From Paraspadella gotoi (Eukaryota > Animalia > Chaetognatha), in the NCBI GenBank assembly GCA_051294375.1, contig CM119266.1:17354087-17418086 (forward strand): a stretch of 64,000 bases of DNA, in the 5' to 3' direction. Position numbers and translations under genes: made by a program. Below are positions 1 to 11,972 of the stretch, in pieces. The notes beneath the pieces are model-generated. The model was given only the letters and a program-made list of their open reading frames with translations. It was not told the DNA's origin and made no database searches. Numbering within the stretch: the first letter of the stretch is position 1; the number at the start of each line of letters is the position of its first letter.

Positions 1-564
1 TGTTTTTTTTTTACCAATAGGGATAAGACTACCATGTAGAATTGTATGTTCTGATAGGGATACATATGTAAGATACACATGTAAGATTTCTGAATGCATA
101 ATCAAAGCGTCAAAAAGGTAAGAAATACATTAAATATTTAACAATTTAAACATATTTCTTATAATCTTCCTAAAATTTTGCTTTACTTACCTTTAATTTT
201 GATAGTGATGAAAATCTTAAAATAAGGTGAATTAAAGATGTTCAGACACGACCAGTGAAAAAAATTAACAAATATGGCTTTTATAGAGTGTAATACATAA
301 AAACGACTAAATGTTTTAAAAACATCTACTACACCTTGTAGTTTCGTCAATTTTTTTTTCATTGTATATAAAAGTAAAATTAAAAAAAAAACGATTACCA
401 CTTATTTAATTATTGTATCTCAAATCGTTCAGACAGGGCAGGACGTTAAGTGTCGTCTCGATATAGGGCCCCACCCCTGTATAAACAAAAGCACTTTTCA
501 CTAGGGTTTTAACATAAATTGTACGTAAAATCTGTGCCAAAAAAATATGTACCCATTCACTCAC

Positions 565-765
565 TTTTATAGCGTAGAAGGGTTTCACCCTGGGCAAAAG
601 ACGTCGCCAATTGACAACAGCCTCAACCGCGACTGAGTTGTCCATGATGAGGATCGGATTTTCGGGCGTAGGTGCCTCGTCGCGGAGAATTCGGACGGCG
701 ACGTTCAATTTGCGTTGAGTTATCTCGTCGGGAGCGTCCAGAGAGTGGAGAATGAAAGAGGACAT
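565..765 (-). CDS. ODC1: Ornithine decarboxylase (or ODC-like), first coding exon; rest of gene lies left of the window
   Basis: MSSFILHS...PILIMD...WRRLLPRVKPFYAIK matches the ODC motif W...LPRV.PFYAVK with the PLP lysine. GTGAGT donor right after the Lys codon (564-559); acceptor tttcag 7 nt before the ATG. Confidence 0.85.
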
Positions 766-1714
766 TTTGGCACTGAAAGGAGAAAGAGATATTGACAGTA
801 GAGGGAGAACAAGTTGGAAATCTTAGCACTAAAGGGGGGAAGAGATGCCCCATCCCAATGGGCATCACAGGCGACCCGGGTGTTGCCATAGAAGAGATAT
901 TGACAGTAGAGGGAGAAAAAACTGGACGTCTCAAAACTAAATGGGAGAAGAGAATGAGATGAACATCTCATCATTTATTCTGTTGGTTACAAGGCCGTTC
1001 AGATAAATTAAAATGGAATAGCAAGCAATGTTTTGTTAATTATTTTTTTTTATAATTTGTATTGTTTATCAGTTGATTAATTGATGTATTGGTTTATTAG
1101 TTTTTACCTTGTTATCGATTTTGTTGGGATTTTTTTGTTTTTAAAGAAACGGGACAACAGATGTTATCTTCTCGGTGACAAATCAAGCAGTGATTTAACG
1201 GTTGACGGTTGACCTCCGTCATAAAAATGACCTTAGTCACAAAGATTCTTTTCACCGAACTACAGTTTAGCTTCACTGGCCTGAGTCGTCGTTATTGTCT
1301 CCGTCATCGGCTGTCTTCTTTCTCCCTTTTTTCACATTTTAAAAATTCATAATTCGAATCTTAAGCAAAGATCCAAAAACTGCATTTACTCTATTTTTAC
1401 ATCGACGTTTAAATCATATATTATTATTCACATTCAACCCGGGACCTTTAGGCATTAGGTACAAAGAAAACCGTTTGCGTGCCTGACAAATTATAGTTAT
1501 CCCTGTGATTCTTTTCACACAAATGAGACTCAAGCGGGATTGGACATCTAACCCCCCTAAAGTGATGGACAACATTCAGATCCTAAGTTGTAGTTAATTC
1601 AAATAGCGATGTCGCCGGCGAAGAAAATATAATACGGGAATTTGCGTTGAAGTTATTTCAACGTAAAGTAAAGTTTGTTCTGTAATTTGACTAATTGGTT
1701 AAATATTATAGAAC

Positions 1715-1884
1715 TATGGTGGACTAAAATCCACCAACCGTTCATCAGCGGCCATTGGTGCCGGAGGCAAGTCATTCGCCTCCCAACCCAAAGGTCCGGG
1801 GTTCTAGCCCGGTGGTCGTCTGTAACACTGCGTTACAGCCTGATCCGAAGCTCAGGGACTGCTTATATTGAACGGTTCTGTCAC
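1715..1884 (-). mobile_element. HINE/Helentron-like mini-element carrying a tRNA(Gly)-like module
   Basis: Sub-terminal inverted repeats AACCGTTCA (1736-1744) / TGAACGGTT (1869-1877). Adjacent palindrome TGGTGGA-ctaaaa-TCCACCA (1717-1736). Internal + strand A-box/B-box-like tRNA sequence. Partial inverted copy at 10128-10219. Confidence 0.5.
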
Positions 1885-2669
1885 TAACATATAACAATAA
1901 TTACTGTCTCTTCAGAACTGAATAATGCGTTATTATAATAATAAGTTATTACACAATCCACGATCAATATACAGGACAGAATCATACTGAAATAAAACGT
2001 TCAAATAGGATCCTAAAATCTTTGACATATATAATAAAACATACAATGAGATAGAAAATTGGCAAATATGCAAAGCCGCTAACTCAACAGGGTTGCACCA
2101 GCCGCCACGCGACGGGTCAGGGGAAACTTTGAACAGGCGCAGAAAATTGAACGACTTTTTAAGTCAAATTTTTAGAAAAGGAAAAAAAAATTAGGTGATA
2201 AGAAAAAAAAAAGGTTATGAACAAGAAAATAATAAAATGAAAGAAAATTTAAAAAAAAAGTCAAATTGCATGAATGTTCTCAATTTCTCTCAGACTATCC
2301 GTCTCTATTTTTCTCTCAATCTCTCTCTTTCTCATCCTCCATCCACGTATCGTAATTGTCATAATGCGACCCACTTTTTCTTGATATAATCTTTCCATTC
2401 CTTTCCGGTTTTCAATCAACTTTTTTCAATCGCTTTATCATTCGATTTAGTTCATCGAAAGCTCATTGTTTTCTCATCGTTCGAGATGACGAGAGAAAAA
2501 TGGAAAATTGATTTCATTTTCCAATCGTAATAAAAAAAAAATGATGAAAAAAAAATATTCATATCAAAACAGTAAGAGACGAAAAGGAGTTTTTTTTTCA
2601 ACGTGTAAATTTTCTTCTTACTTTTTAAAGTAACAAATTTATAATTTCGAATCGTTGTTGTTGATAAGT

Positions 2670-2990
2670 TTTAGTTACGTTTTTTTTTATTGTTTAAAAA
2701 CAACGGTAAAATCGAAACAAAAAATAACGGACATGTTTCGGCTCTGATGAGAGCCTTCTTCAGCGCGAAACTATTGTTTTGTGAGAATAGTTTTTCACAG
2801 AATTTGAGTTGAGAGGGAGAGATAGAGAGGGACAGAGATAAAGGTTTCCAACAAAGAATTGAGAAAAGGACAGTGATAGGCTTAGGACAGGTTAAGTGAG
2901 GACAAATAGAGTGAGGGAGAGTGAAATAGAAATGAAATTTAGTCAAATTATAGAGATACTGAGAAATACATTTGGCAATGTAAGTAAACA
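2670..2990 (-). mobile_element. Penelope-like pseudo-LTR relic with hammerhead motif; inverted copy at ~4005-4320
   Basis: About 320 bp near-identical in reverse complement to 4005-4320. CT-rich stretch followed by the hammerhead core and an A-rich tail. Confidence 0.6.
2727..2767 (-). ncRNA. Minimal type-I hammerhead ribozyme motif
   Basis: Minus strand reads gcg-CUGAAGA-A-GGCUC(ucauca)GAGCC-GAAA-CAUG-UC-cgu: intact core, 5-bp helix II, palindromic helix III, GUC cleavage triplet, 3-bp helix I. Confidence 0.7.
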
Positions 2991-4004
2991 AAACATTAAA
3001 ATATCAAAAATATTAAACTTAAAAATAACAATAAAGTAAATTAATAAATAATAAAATCAAGTAAAATCAAGTAATATGGTGAAAAAATGCCTTTCTTTTG
3101 TCCGGAGGGGGGGTCCAGTTTTATTTTGAGCTCTTCCTTTTTCCTGAGATAAATACTTAATTTTACTTTTAAATCATTTTAGTTCCTTGTTATTTTTCAC
3201 AGTTTAACATTTTTGATATTTACAAGGTGACTCACGACATCCAAAAAAATCGTCATTTGCAAACCTCNNNNNNNNNNGTATTTTTAAAAATGTATAGAAA
3301 GTTAAACAAAAAGATTGAAAAAAATATTTGAGTTTTAAAATGAAAGACGATTTTAAGGCAACTTTTCTCTGCTCATTGCCATGTCAAATCTATAACCAAT
3401 TAATATGAAATTTTGATATATAAATGATTTTGGTTTTTACTACAGAAAANNNNNNNNNNTTATAAAATATATAAAGATATATAAACAAGTCACCTATGTA
3501 AACTATAATTATTGTTTATATAATTATTAAGAAAACTCTTGAAAAAGACTAAATTAAAATGGCTAATAATAATTTAATAATTATTCCAAACATGCTCTTT
3601 AGCAATTTAATTAATTTAATGGTTATCTTAGTTTTGATTACCTTTATTGATTTAAAGCTGGATTGGCTAATTTTATATTACAATATTTTTAATTCTGCCA
3701 TTCTTTTCATATTTTCAAGATATTTCAGAAGATATCAATATTGATACCTTTTTATGTAAAAGTATTTTTAAAAATGTATAGAAAGTTAAACAAAAAGATT
3801 GAAAAAAATATTTGAGTTTTAAAATGAAAGACGATTTCAAGGCAACTTTTCTCTGCTCATTGCCATGTCAAATCTATAACCAATTAATATGAAATTTTGA
3901 TATATAAATGATTTTGGTTTTTACTACAGAAAAAAACTTTCAGATTAAAAAATCTTTGCAGGTTTGCAAATGACGATTTTTTTCTAGCTGCGGGTTGTCG
4001 TGTT

Positions 4005-4320
4005 TCACCTTGTATATTGCCAAGTGTATTTCACTGTATCTCAATAATTTGACTATATTTCATTTCTATTTCACTCTCCCTCACTCTATTTGTCCTCACT
4101 TAACCTGTCCTCAGCCTATCACAGTCCTTTTCTCAATTCTTTGTTGGAAACCTTTATCTCTGTCCCTCTCTATCTCTCCCTCTTACCTGAAATTCTGTGA
4201 AAAACTATTCTCACTAAACAATATTTTCGTGCTGAAGAAGGCTCTCATCAGAACTGAAAAATTTCCGTTATTTTTTGTTTCAATTTTACCGTTGTTTTTA
4301 AACAATAAAAAAACCGTTGT
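4005..4320 (+). mobile_element. Second, inverted Penelope-like relic with a degraded hammerhead (4229-4268)
   Basis: CTGAAGAAGGCTCTCATCAGAACTGAAAAATTTCCG: helices II and III are mutated relative to the copy at 2727-2767. Confidence 0.55.
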
Positions 4321-5693
4321 AACTTTGTAGTTTAATTTAATTAATAAGATTTTACTATTTTTTTATTTCATTATGATATTTAATAATTTCCAATGATTTT
4401 TTTTATAAATTACGTCGAGACAACTTTAATTGGATAAATAATTAGCTTAATAAGAATTATTCACTGATAATGATATCTATTTTTAAAAAAGTTATTATTA
4501 TCTCTTCATCTTTGATGTTTACTAAACAGTGTTTAGGAAAGCAACTAAATAGAAACAGTAGAAGAAAAAGGAACCAGTGGCTGAGCCAATACATCTAAAT
4601 CCCTTTCAAGTGCTTAAACTGAACTGTTACTGCGGCACTATTAACATTTTGTACTTGCAAAAATATTTAATAAATCAAAACAATATTATTTTTGTTTTGA
4701 TATATGATATGTGCTTAAAATGCTTTGATCCAAACATAGAATAAGAAATATAATAAAATAAAATAGAATAAGAAAAAAATGTTTGTTAAAAAATATCAAA
4801 TAAAAATTTAAAAAACAGTTGCTATTTTGTTGAAGAGCAGGTGCAAGTGCAGATCTAGTGGGTGCAGATTTTTTTGAATGTTCCTTTTCCCTCGAGTAGA
4901 ATAGGGTAAAAACAGAAAATTTAATGGGACTGTTTTTTTGTTTCAGAAAAAATATTTAAACCTCTGGTTGATATACTTAAACTAACTTTTATTGCTATTT
5001 TGTTTTTAAAAATTATCTTTTGTTTGTACAGCCATCTGGTTTATTAATATTAAAACATGTAAAAATTTGCTATTTTGTGTAAAGCAATTCAAGTGAAGAT
5101 TTTGTGGGTGCAGACAGAAGAGCAAATTTCTACAGAAAGTAAATGGAAATGCTTATAGTAGAGAATAGTAGGAAGGAAGAGTTATATAGATAGATATTAT
5201 TTTTAAATTGAGGAAAAAAATTTTACAATTTTAGGGGTTCAGCGTTTTACAAACGATATTTGTTAAAATCAAACTTGCCTTTTTTGAAGTGTAGAGGATT
5301 GTATCCGAGTAAAAAATAGGTAAAACCTGATAAAACCGACCAAATATTTATTCCTCATGGTTTGGTTTTCATTATATTTTTTTGTGATAACTTTTACCTT
5401 AAACTTTTCAGCTTATTTATTCATTCAATCAAACCGGACAAAGTTGACCGTTATTCTGGTGGCGTAACGGCCCGCCTTCTCACTTTTAACTTTGCCACAT
5501 TGGTGTACATTGGCATTGACACGTTTAACCCGACTATAGAGACAAATTGTAGGCAGAGCTACTGCTATAAACCTAGTAACATATGGTGATATGTACTTAA
5601 ATCCTTAAATATTTAAATACTTTAATACTTAATAGATATTATAACATTTGTTTAGGTTAATAATTGCAAGGATTAGATCTACTAGAAAACAAC

Positions 5694-8600
5694 ATGGATC
5701 CTCAAAGGATCATAATGCTCGTTTTGGTCTTTCTCAACATCTTTGACACCATTACTGATCTGTTAACGATGATCAAATTTTACCAAAAAGATTTTTTTCT
5801 GGAGCAATATCTCGGTATTGCTATGGGCGTCGTGCTTTTGATTCACAACAGCATTTCCGGCGTTCGAGTCTGGCGAACTATATCTACCAGCCCATGGTTG
5901 TATCCACGACTCTGTTCTAGCTTTTGGAAAAAATATGGAACTTTTGGTCTTAGCCTTTTTGGTCTGGGAAACGTTTTATTCTACTTGGATGAGCGTCTCG
6001 ACCATTACCAACAAGGGAATGCTCAATCTGCAATAGCAATAGCAACAAAGATGCCTTGCATCAATTCCCTGGATTTTCTGCACATATTCTTTGAGACTTT
6101 TCCTCAATTTTTGCTTCAAGCTTTAGCTATTACATTAGCCTTGACAAGTGGCACCACGGAGCAGTGTTTTCGAAATGGGTAAATCTGTATTTGCTAAATA
6201 AAGTAATGTAAATATTAAATCAGCAGATAACGAAAATTTTATTTGTAAATGATTTACAACAATTACGTTATTTAATGTGAAAAGTGTTGTGGACATCTAA
6301 AGATTGAGGGCAGCAGAGATGAAGAAAATTAAATACCATGTTGGAAAATAAAATTGTCGCGGTTACTTTCCAGCTATTTTTTGGTATTTTAATATAAGAA
6401 TAAAAAAAATAGATATTGAGAAACTTTGTCCTCTTGTAATTTATATGAGCTGTGTGTCATTTATGTATGACAAAAAATACAAGAGTTCCCTGCAAAAAAA
6501 ATACTTCCTTTTTTATCTTTTTCATATGTAGACTTTTCATTTATACTAATTTTTGGTTCTTTTTTATTACTTTTTAAGTTAAACTATTATTATTAAAAAT
6601 CCCTGCCTTTTCTCTATCTTATGTCAAATGCTTATAACATCAACTCTATTAGAATAGATTCAGGGATGAATCTTAATTCATATATAAAAAAAGATCGGTA
6701 TCAAAAATACATTAATGCTGTATATGCTCCTGAATGACTTTTATATAGTAAAGTATCAATAAAAGTTATAAGGCTCTGAGTAACTTTCTGTGAGCAAAGT
6801 TATCGGCACTTTTTTCCATCGATGCCCCCTTGCTACGGCTCCTAAAGCAGGGAACTAAAACACATGCACAAAATTGTTTTTTTTGCTGCTTCCATAGTCG
6901 CTTTATGCGTCACTCCTTTCGTCGTCGCTCTCACTGTCGCAACTGAATTATTTTCTACTAAAAATACTATCCTCCACTCCTCCATTGTTCAAATAATCGT
7001 CGTCGTTTCTTTCAATCTCGATCCTGACCCAGTCACCCAGCAAGCCNNNNNNNNNNGACCTCTCCTAACACTGTATATGCTCCTGAATGACTTTTATATT
7101 GTAAAGTATCAATAAAAGTTATAAGGCTCTGAGTAACTTTCTGTGAGCAAAGTTATCGGCACTTTTTTCCATCGATGCCCCCTTGCTACGGCTCCTAAAG
7201 CAGGGAACTAAAACACATGCACAAAATTGTTTTTTTTTGCTGCTTCCATAGTCGCTTTATGTGTCACTCCTTTCGTCGTCGCTCTCACTGTCGCAACTGA
7301 TTCCTCCATTGTTCAAATAATCGTCGTCGTTTCTTTCAATCTCGATCCTGACCCAGTCACCCAGCAAGCCATAATTTTTTTGTTGTAAAAGTAGCGTGAG
7401 GAAAGACAACCCTAATCCCTAACCTTCATCCTTAACCCTAATCCCTAACCCTAATCTCTATCCCCTAATCTAACTAGCCATAGCTGATGAAATTTAAATG
7501 CTAATGTATACAGCGTTAAAATAATCTATCATGACCATAGATTATGGTAATAAAATATTTTTTGTCAAAAATGCTCTCTTCTGAGGGTACTAGCCTAATT
7601 AAAAATATTATATTACTATATAGAGCAATTTTTTTTTTTAAATCTTAAAATTTGTTGATGGATTCTGATAGAGCATAAAAAGTTAAACAAGAAATATAAT
7701 TACAGCTTTTAAAAATTCTTATGTTTTCTAAGTGAAAATATAAAAAAACTGATAAAATCATCGAAAGATGATGATGATGATGATTTTTTACGGTTTTTCT
7801 TATTTTTGACTCACTTATCGTAAAAATATTTAAAAAAGAATTATACTTTGTGTAGACAACTTTTTATAAGCTATCTTAATCTGGTCTTAAAATTTAAAAA
7901 TTCTAAAAAAAATTTGTGGCCTTTCCTATCTATAAATAAATATTTAAAAAATAATTATTAGGGTATAGAGCCATATTAGAAATTTTTTGTCCATTGAAAG
8001 TATTCGTTTGAGCATGTACTCACTCTAAATTTTTGACCCACCCCATTGAGTGCGACTACCCCTAATCTAACCTTATCCCTAACCGAAACCCTAAACAATT
8101 AATCCATCGTTCAAATTATCGTCGTTTTTGTCGATCCCGATCCTGACTGAGTCATTCATCCAGAGAAAGAGAGAGGGAAAGAGATTTACTGCTCCGTCAT
8201 ACGGCAAGGGGGCATCGAAGAGCATTTCGCCCAAAATTTGAATCATAAAAAATAAATATTGATATATAAAAAAATTGTTTGTTAATTTTTCAATTTCTGT
8301 ATTAGCCCATATTTATACATAGAGAATACCATAGAAAATGTCAAAATACCATAGAAAATATCAAAATTTTTAAAAAATTTTTTCTTAGTTTTGAAAGCAG
8401 ATTCGAATACCTCATAAAAATACAAACTTAGGGCAGTGACGATTATACCGGGTTATGGGAATGTAAAAGTTTTTTGAGAGGTGAGGGTTTTTTTGAGTTT
8501 TTGGCTTACACTTTGACCTAAACATGTCTGTTTTTTATTTAAAAAAAACCAAATTCGTAGTCTGTAAACAATACAATATTTTTTCATTTTTTAATGCTAC

Positions 8601-11600
8601 TAACGCATTGAAATGAAAAGATAGAACCGAAAGAAGTTATTTTTAAAAATTATATCTCCTTACTTTAGTTCTAAAAATATCTTGTACAAAATTGGAGAGA
8701 ACGGAACATTTATCAAATCATCCAAACCTTGCGTCTGCAACAAAAAAACCTGCATGTGGGAGATTAATGAATACAATACTATCATCTCGTTTTGTCTGTC
8801 CAGCATCAGCTTAGCCTCTTTCGCTATTAAATCTCGTGATAAACCGGCATCGTTAGTAGGGTTAATTGGGCTAATAGAAAGTTGTATTGGTCTAGTTTTA
8901 AATGTGTACTTAATATATGTTTGGACCTTAAAGACGTCTATCTGGTTGGCAATTTTATCACCATTTGCACTCTTTAGGATTTTCACTTTCTCAGAGTTGA
9001 GAGATAATCTGTCCAGATTGTTTGGGCGGAATTCTTCAGGAAAGAAACAAATCTCATTTGCCCAATATCTTGTTATGATTTCATGGTCAGTTTTAATGGT
9101 CTCTTTTCATTTGAATCTTGATGAACGCGTCACTATAAATTTGTTTTTAAAAGAAATAAATAGAAAAAAAAGTACATACAAAAATATATATTGGGCTCAG
9201 TCTCCAAAAATTGTGTATTATGACGCACTTTACCCTTATGGTATTAAGTTAAAAAAGGTATGTTTCATGAAAACGGGTATGATTGATCGTGAGAGATGGA
9301 GCAGAATTATAACTCATGACATAATGGTATCTTGCGAACAATACAAGGCTTCACATCAGAAAAAATCGTCAATCAGGTAAAATCATATAAGTTTTGTACT
9401 ACTTATTATAGTAGTTTACAATGAAATAGTACAGTCCTGAGCAAAAAAAATAGGAGACCCAAAAACATTATGAAAATAAATCAAATTAGATTCCTTTAAA
9501 ATAAAAGAGATTATAAGTGAATATTATTTATGGAAAAAAGAACTATTGGTGTAAATTTGGTTAATACAAGGTGACCGGTAAAAAAACGCTGCCATTTGCT
9601 CTCTCTCTTTCTCTTTCTTAGCTCTCTTTTTTTTCCCCTCATTTCACTTTTACCCTGAAAGATGATCTGTCAAGTAAGATCGAAATATTGGTTTTCAATT
9701 AAACAAGGAACCAAGGTGTTGCGCCGCATTACTTTTCTTTTTACTTATCATTAAAAACAAAAGGCGACGTCAGTAGTCGCTTAGAATTGATTTTCAATAA
9801 ATGAGCAACAATCTATAGGCAAGTTATAAGCGTTATTGCATTACATTTTTTTTTAAATTACATTATTTTTTCACTTGATTAATTAATTAAAACATTCATG
9901 AGTAAGCATAAATAATAAAAATTCAAGTTAACTTGACTTTGGTTTTTTCCATTCTAACTCATTTCCACTCTTCGATTTCATCGAAACTTTATTTCGTGCT
10001 CAATCACACACTTATCTACCCACAGTCCCACACACAAAATTTAATTTCAATCTATCCATCCAATTATGATTAATTCGATTAATTATGGATTAAAATGATT
10101 AAAAAGTGAAGAGACAGTGATAATTGTTAGAACCCCGGACCTTTGGGTTGGGAGGCGAATGACTTGCCTCCGGCACCAATGGCCGATGATGAACGGTTGG
10201 AGGATTTTAGTCCACCATAAAAGATTCAAATAAAACTGATTTATGTTTTTTTCCATTTAAACGCACGATTCCATTGAAATTTTATATCAAGCTCAATCAT
10301 ATACTTTCCTAACCTCACACAATATTTCTTTCCAATCCATCCAATCACGAGTAATTGGAGTTTTATGCTAAGGTGGGACGGATGGACGGACATCGTTTTT
10401 TATTGCTTAATTTTGCATAATATGATGTTCTGATGTGATAAAAATGATTTACCGACAAGATTTAGGGGTGGAAACGATGGACTGACAAAGTAAATTATAT
10501 AGTCGGAATCTGATCCGACTAAAAAAGCGTAACGCCGACGCAGACGACAACAACGACGACAACGACGTCACAAAGAAGCTAATGCGATCCAAAATATAGC
10601 CAAGACACTTTCCTACCAACACACAAAATTTCCTTCTAATCCAACCATCCAATCACGAGTAATTGAGGTTTTTTCCTAAGTTGGGACGGATGGACAGACG
10701 GACATCATTTTTATGCATAATTTATCTTAATTCTATGTGACATGATAAGATTTGGGGGGCGGACCGACGGATATAGATTATAGAGTCGGGATCTGCTGAT
10801 AAGCTGTTAAGTATTGTGTCGTTAATATGATTGCTCTTTTATTCAGTCGCAGGCAACTACTTCATTGGTACCTTATTCCATCTCAATACGACGCGATAGG
10901 AAATTACAACTTTTTTGATCCTTCTCACTTTCGAATTATGCTGATGTTGTTTGCCGATTTGTTTTTGGGCGTCATTTACCTCTACGTCTATTTGCTGCAG
11001 AGGAAACAACGGACAAAGGTAGCTTTGTTCTTAATTGCATCAGTCTCGCCTTTGACCGTAATTGCCCTCAACATCTATGCAACGATCAATCACAAGCGTC
11101 AAATCACAGATTTGGGCTTTAGTCAATGCAAAAATTTTACGTGTTTAGTTGGTTTGAATCTTAATTCACTTTACGAGTTAAATGAATTTCGGTACAAAAG
11201 TTTTGCCACTCTTACCAAATATCCATTCGTTTTAGTTACATCTTACTTCGTTCTTTCATTTTTGGAGTCCTTTGGCAAAAGGACTTTGTCAAATTTGTCT
11301 CTTGGTAATCAAAAGTTATTCTATTTAATTGGGATCATTGCACTCTGGCTTTCGGTCGCTGGTTGTTTGATGTTGGGAACTCCTGATACAAGGCATGAAA
11401 TGGAAATAATTTTTCAAATGAAGTTATATAAACACAATTCTAAAAATTATCCTTTTGAAAATTATCATCAGGATATAATAAGTCTAAGCCAGAAAATGCT
11501 ATCATATTCTCTTTATTTTAACATTTCATTTTTGCCATTGATCATTTGGATAGGAGTCGCACTTTCAAAAATGAACAATACAAGAATATGTAAATATTGT

Positions 11601-11972
11601 GTAAAATTCTTATTCATGATCTTTATGGTAATACCTCCTATGTACTTTTTTAATAATATTAATCTAATTCCAAAAACTAATGGAACTCATTACGATGATT
11701 TAATCTTATTGCAAAAAATAATTTCCGATTTTAACCAATTTTCTCTTATAGATTTTCTTTCAACACCCTCTTTTTCTTTTTCTTTTTTTTACTATAAAAG
11801 ATTAATGTATTTAATTTTTATGAAAAGATATAATTCAAGAAAAAAATTAGAACCTGGTATTGTTTTCCAAGAGCTCATCAAGTTTACTGAATTAGAAAAT
11901 CAAAACAAATTTAATATTTGGCTTTATTTTTGCATGTTATTTCCTATCCTTTGTGGGTTTATATATTTTTAA
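5694..11972 (+). CDS. XK-related (XKR/scramblase-family) multipass membrane protein, 3 exons, 772 aa
   Basis: Exons 5694-6178, 8669-9376, 10847-11972 join in frame through phase-2 GT-AG introns. XK-like motifs FDTITDL and LHIFFETFPQFLLQ; many hydrophobic segments. Confidence 0.7.
6335..6790. repeat. Interspersed AT-rich repeat (MITE/DNA-transposon-like); inverted copy at ~12740-13292
   Basis: aaattgtcgcggttactttccagctattttt at ~6351 is the reverse complement of ~13250-13280, and homology continues (e.g. aaaaatccctgccttttctc vs ~12910-12930). Confidence 0.6.
9652..9692 (+). ncRNA. Minimal hammerhead-like motif (variant core) in XKR intron 2
   Basis: ACC-CUGAAAGA-U-GAUCU(gucaagua)AGAUC-GAAA-UA-UU-GGU: helix I ACC/GGU, 5-bp helix II, palindromic AAUAUU. 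Second copy at 53986-54026. Confidence 0.55.
10128..10219 (+). mobile_element. Truncated copy of the HINE-like tRNA-bearing element
   Basis: Reverse complement of ~1715-1806 with about 2 substitutions. Confidence 0.6.

Noticed and set aside
183-401. ORF as the next ODC exon
   Set aside because: No ODC motif (expected CN...GFDCAS) in the translation.
3288-3930. Direct repeats flanking N gaps (also 6715-7370, 13050-13157, 17740-18205)
   Set aside because: Near-identical sequence on both sides of short N gaps indicates unmerged contig overlaps, not biological repeats.
7408-7470. Telomere-like TAACCC repeats (also ~8060-8095, ~35810-35870, ~61110)
   Set aside because: Short, degenerate and interstitial; not a telomere.
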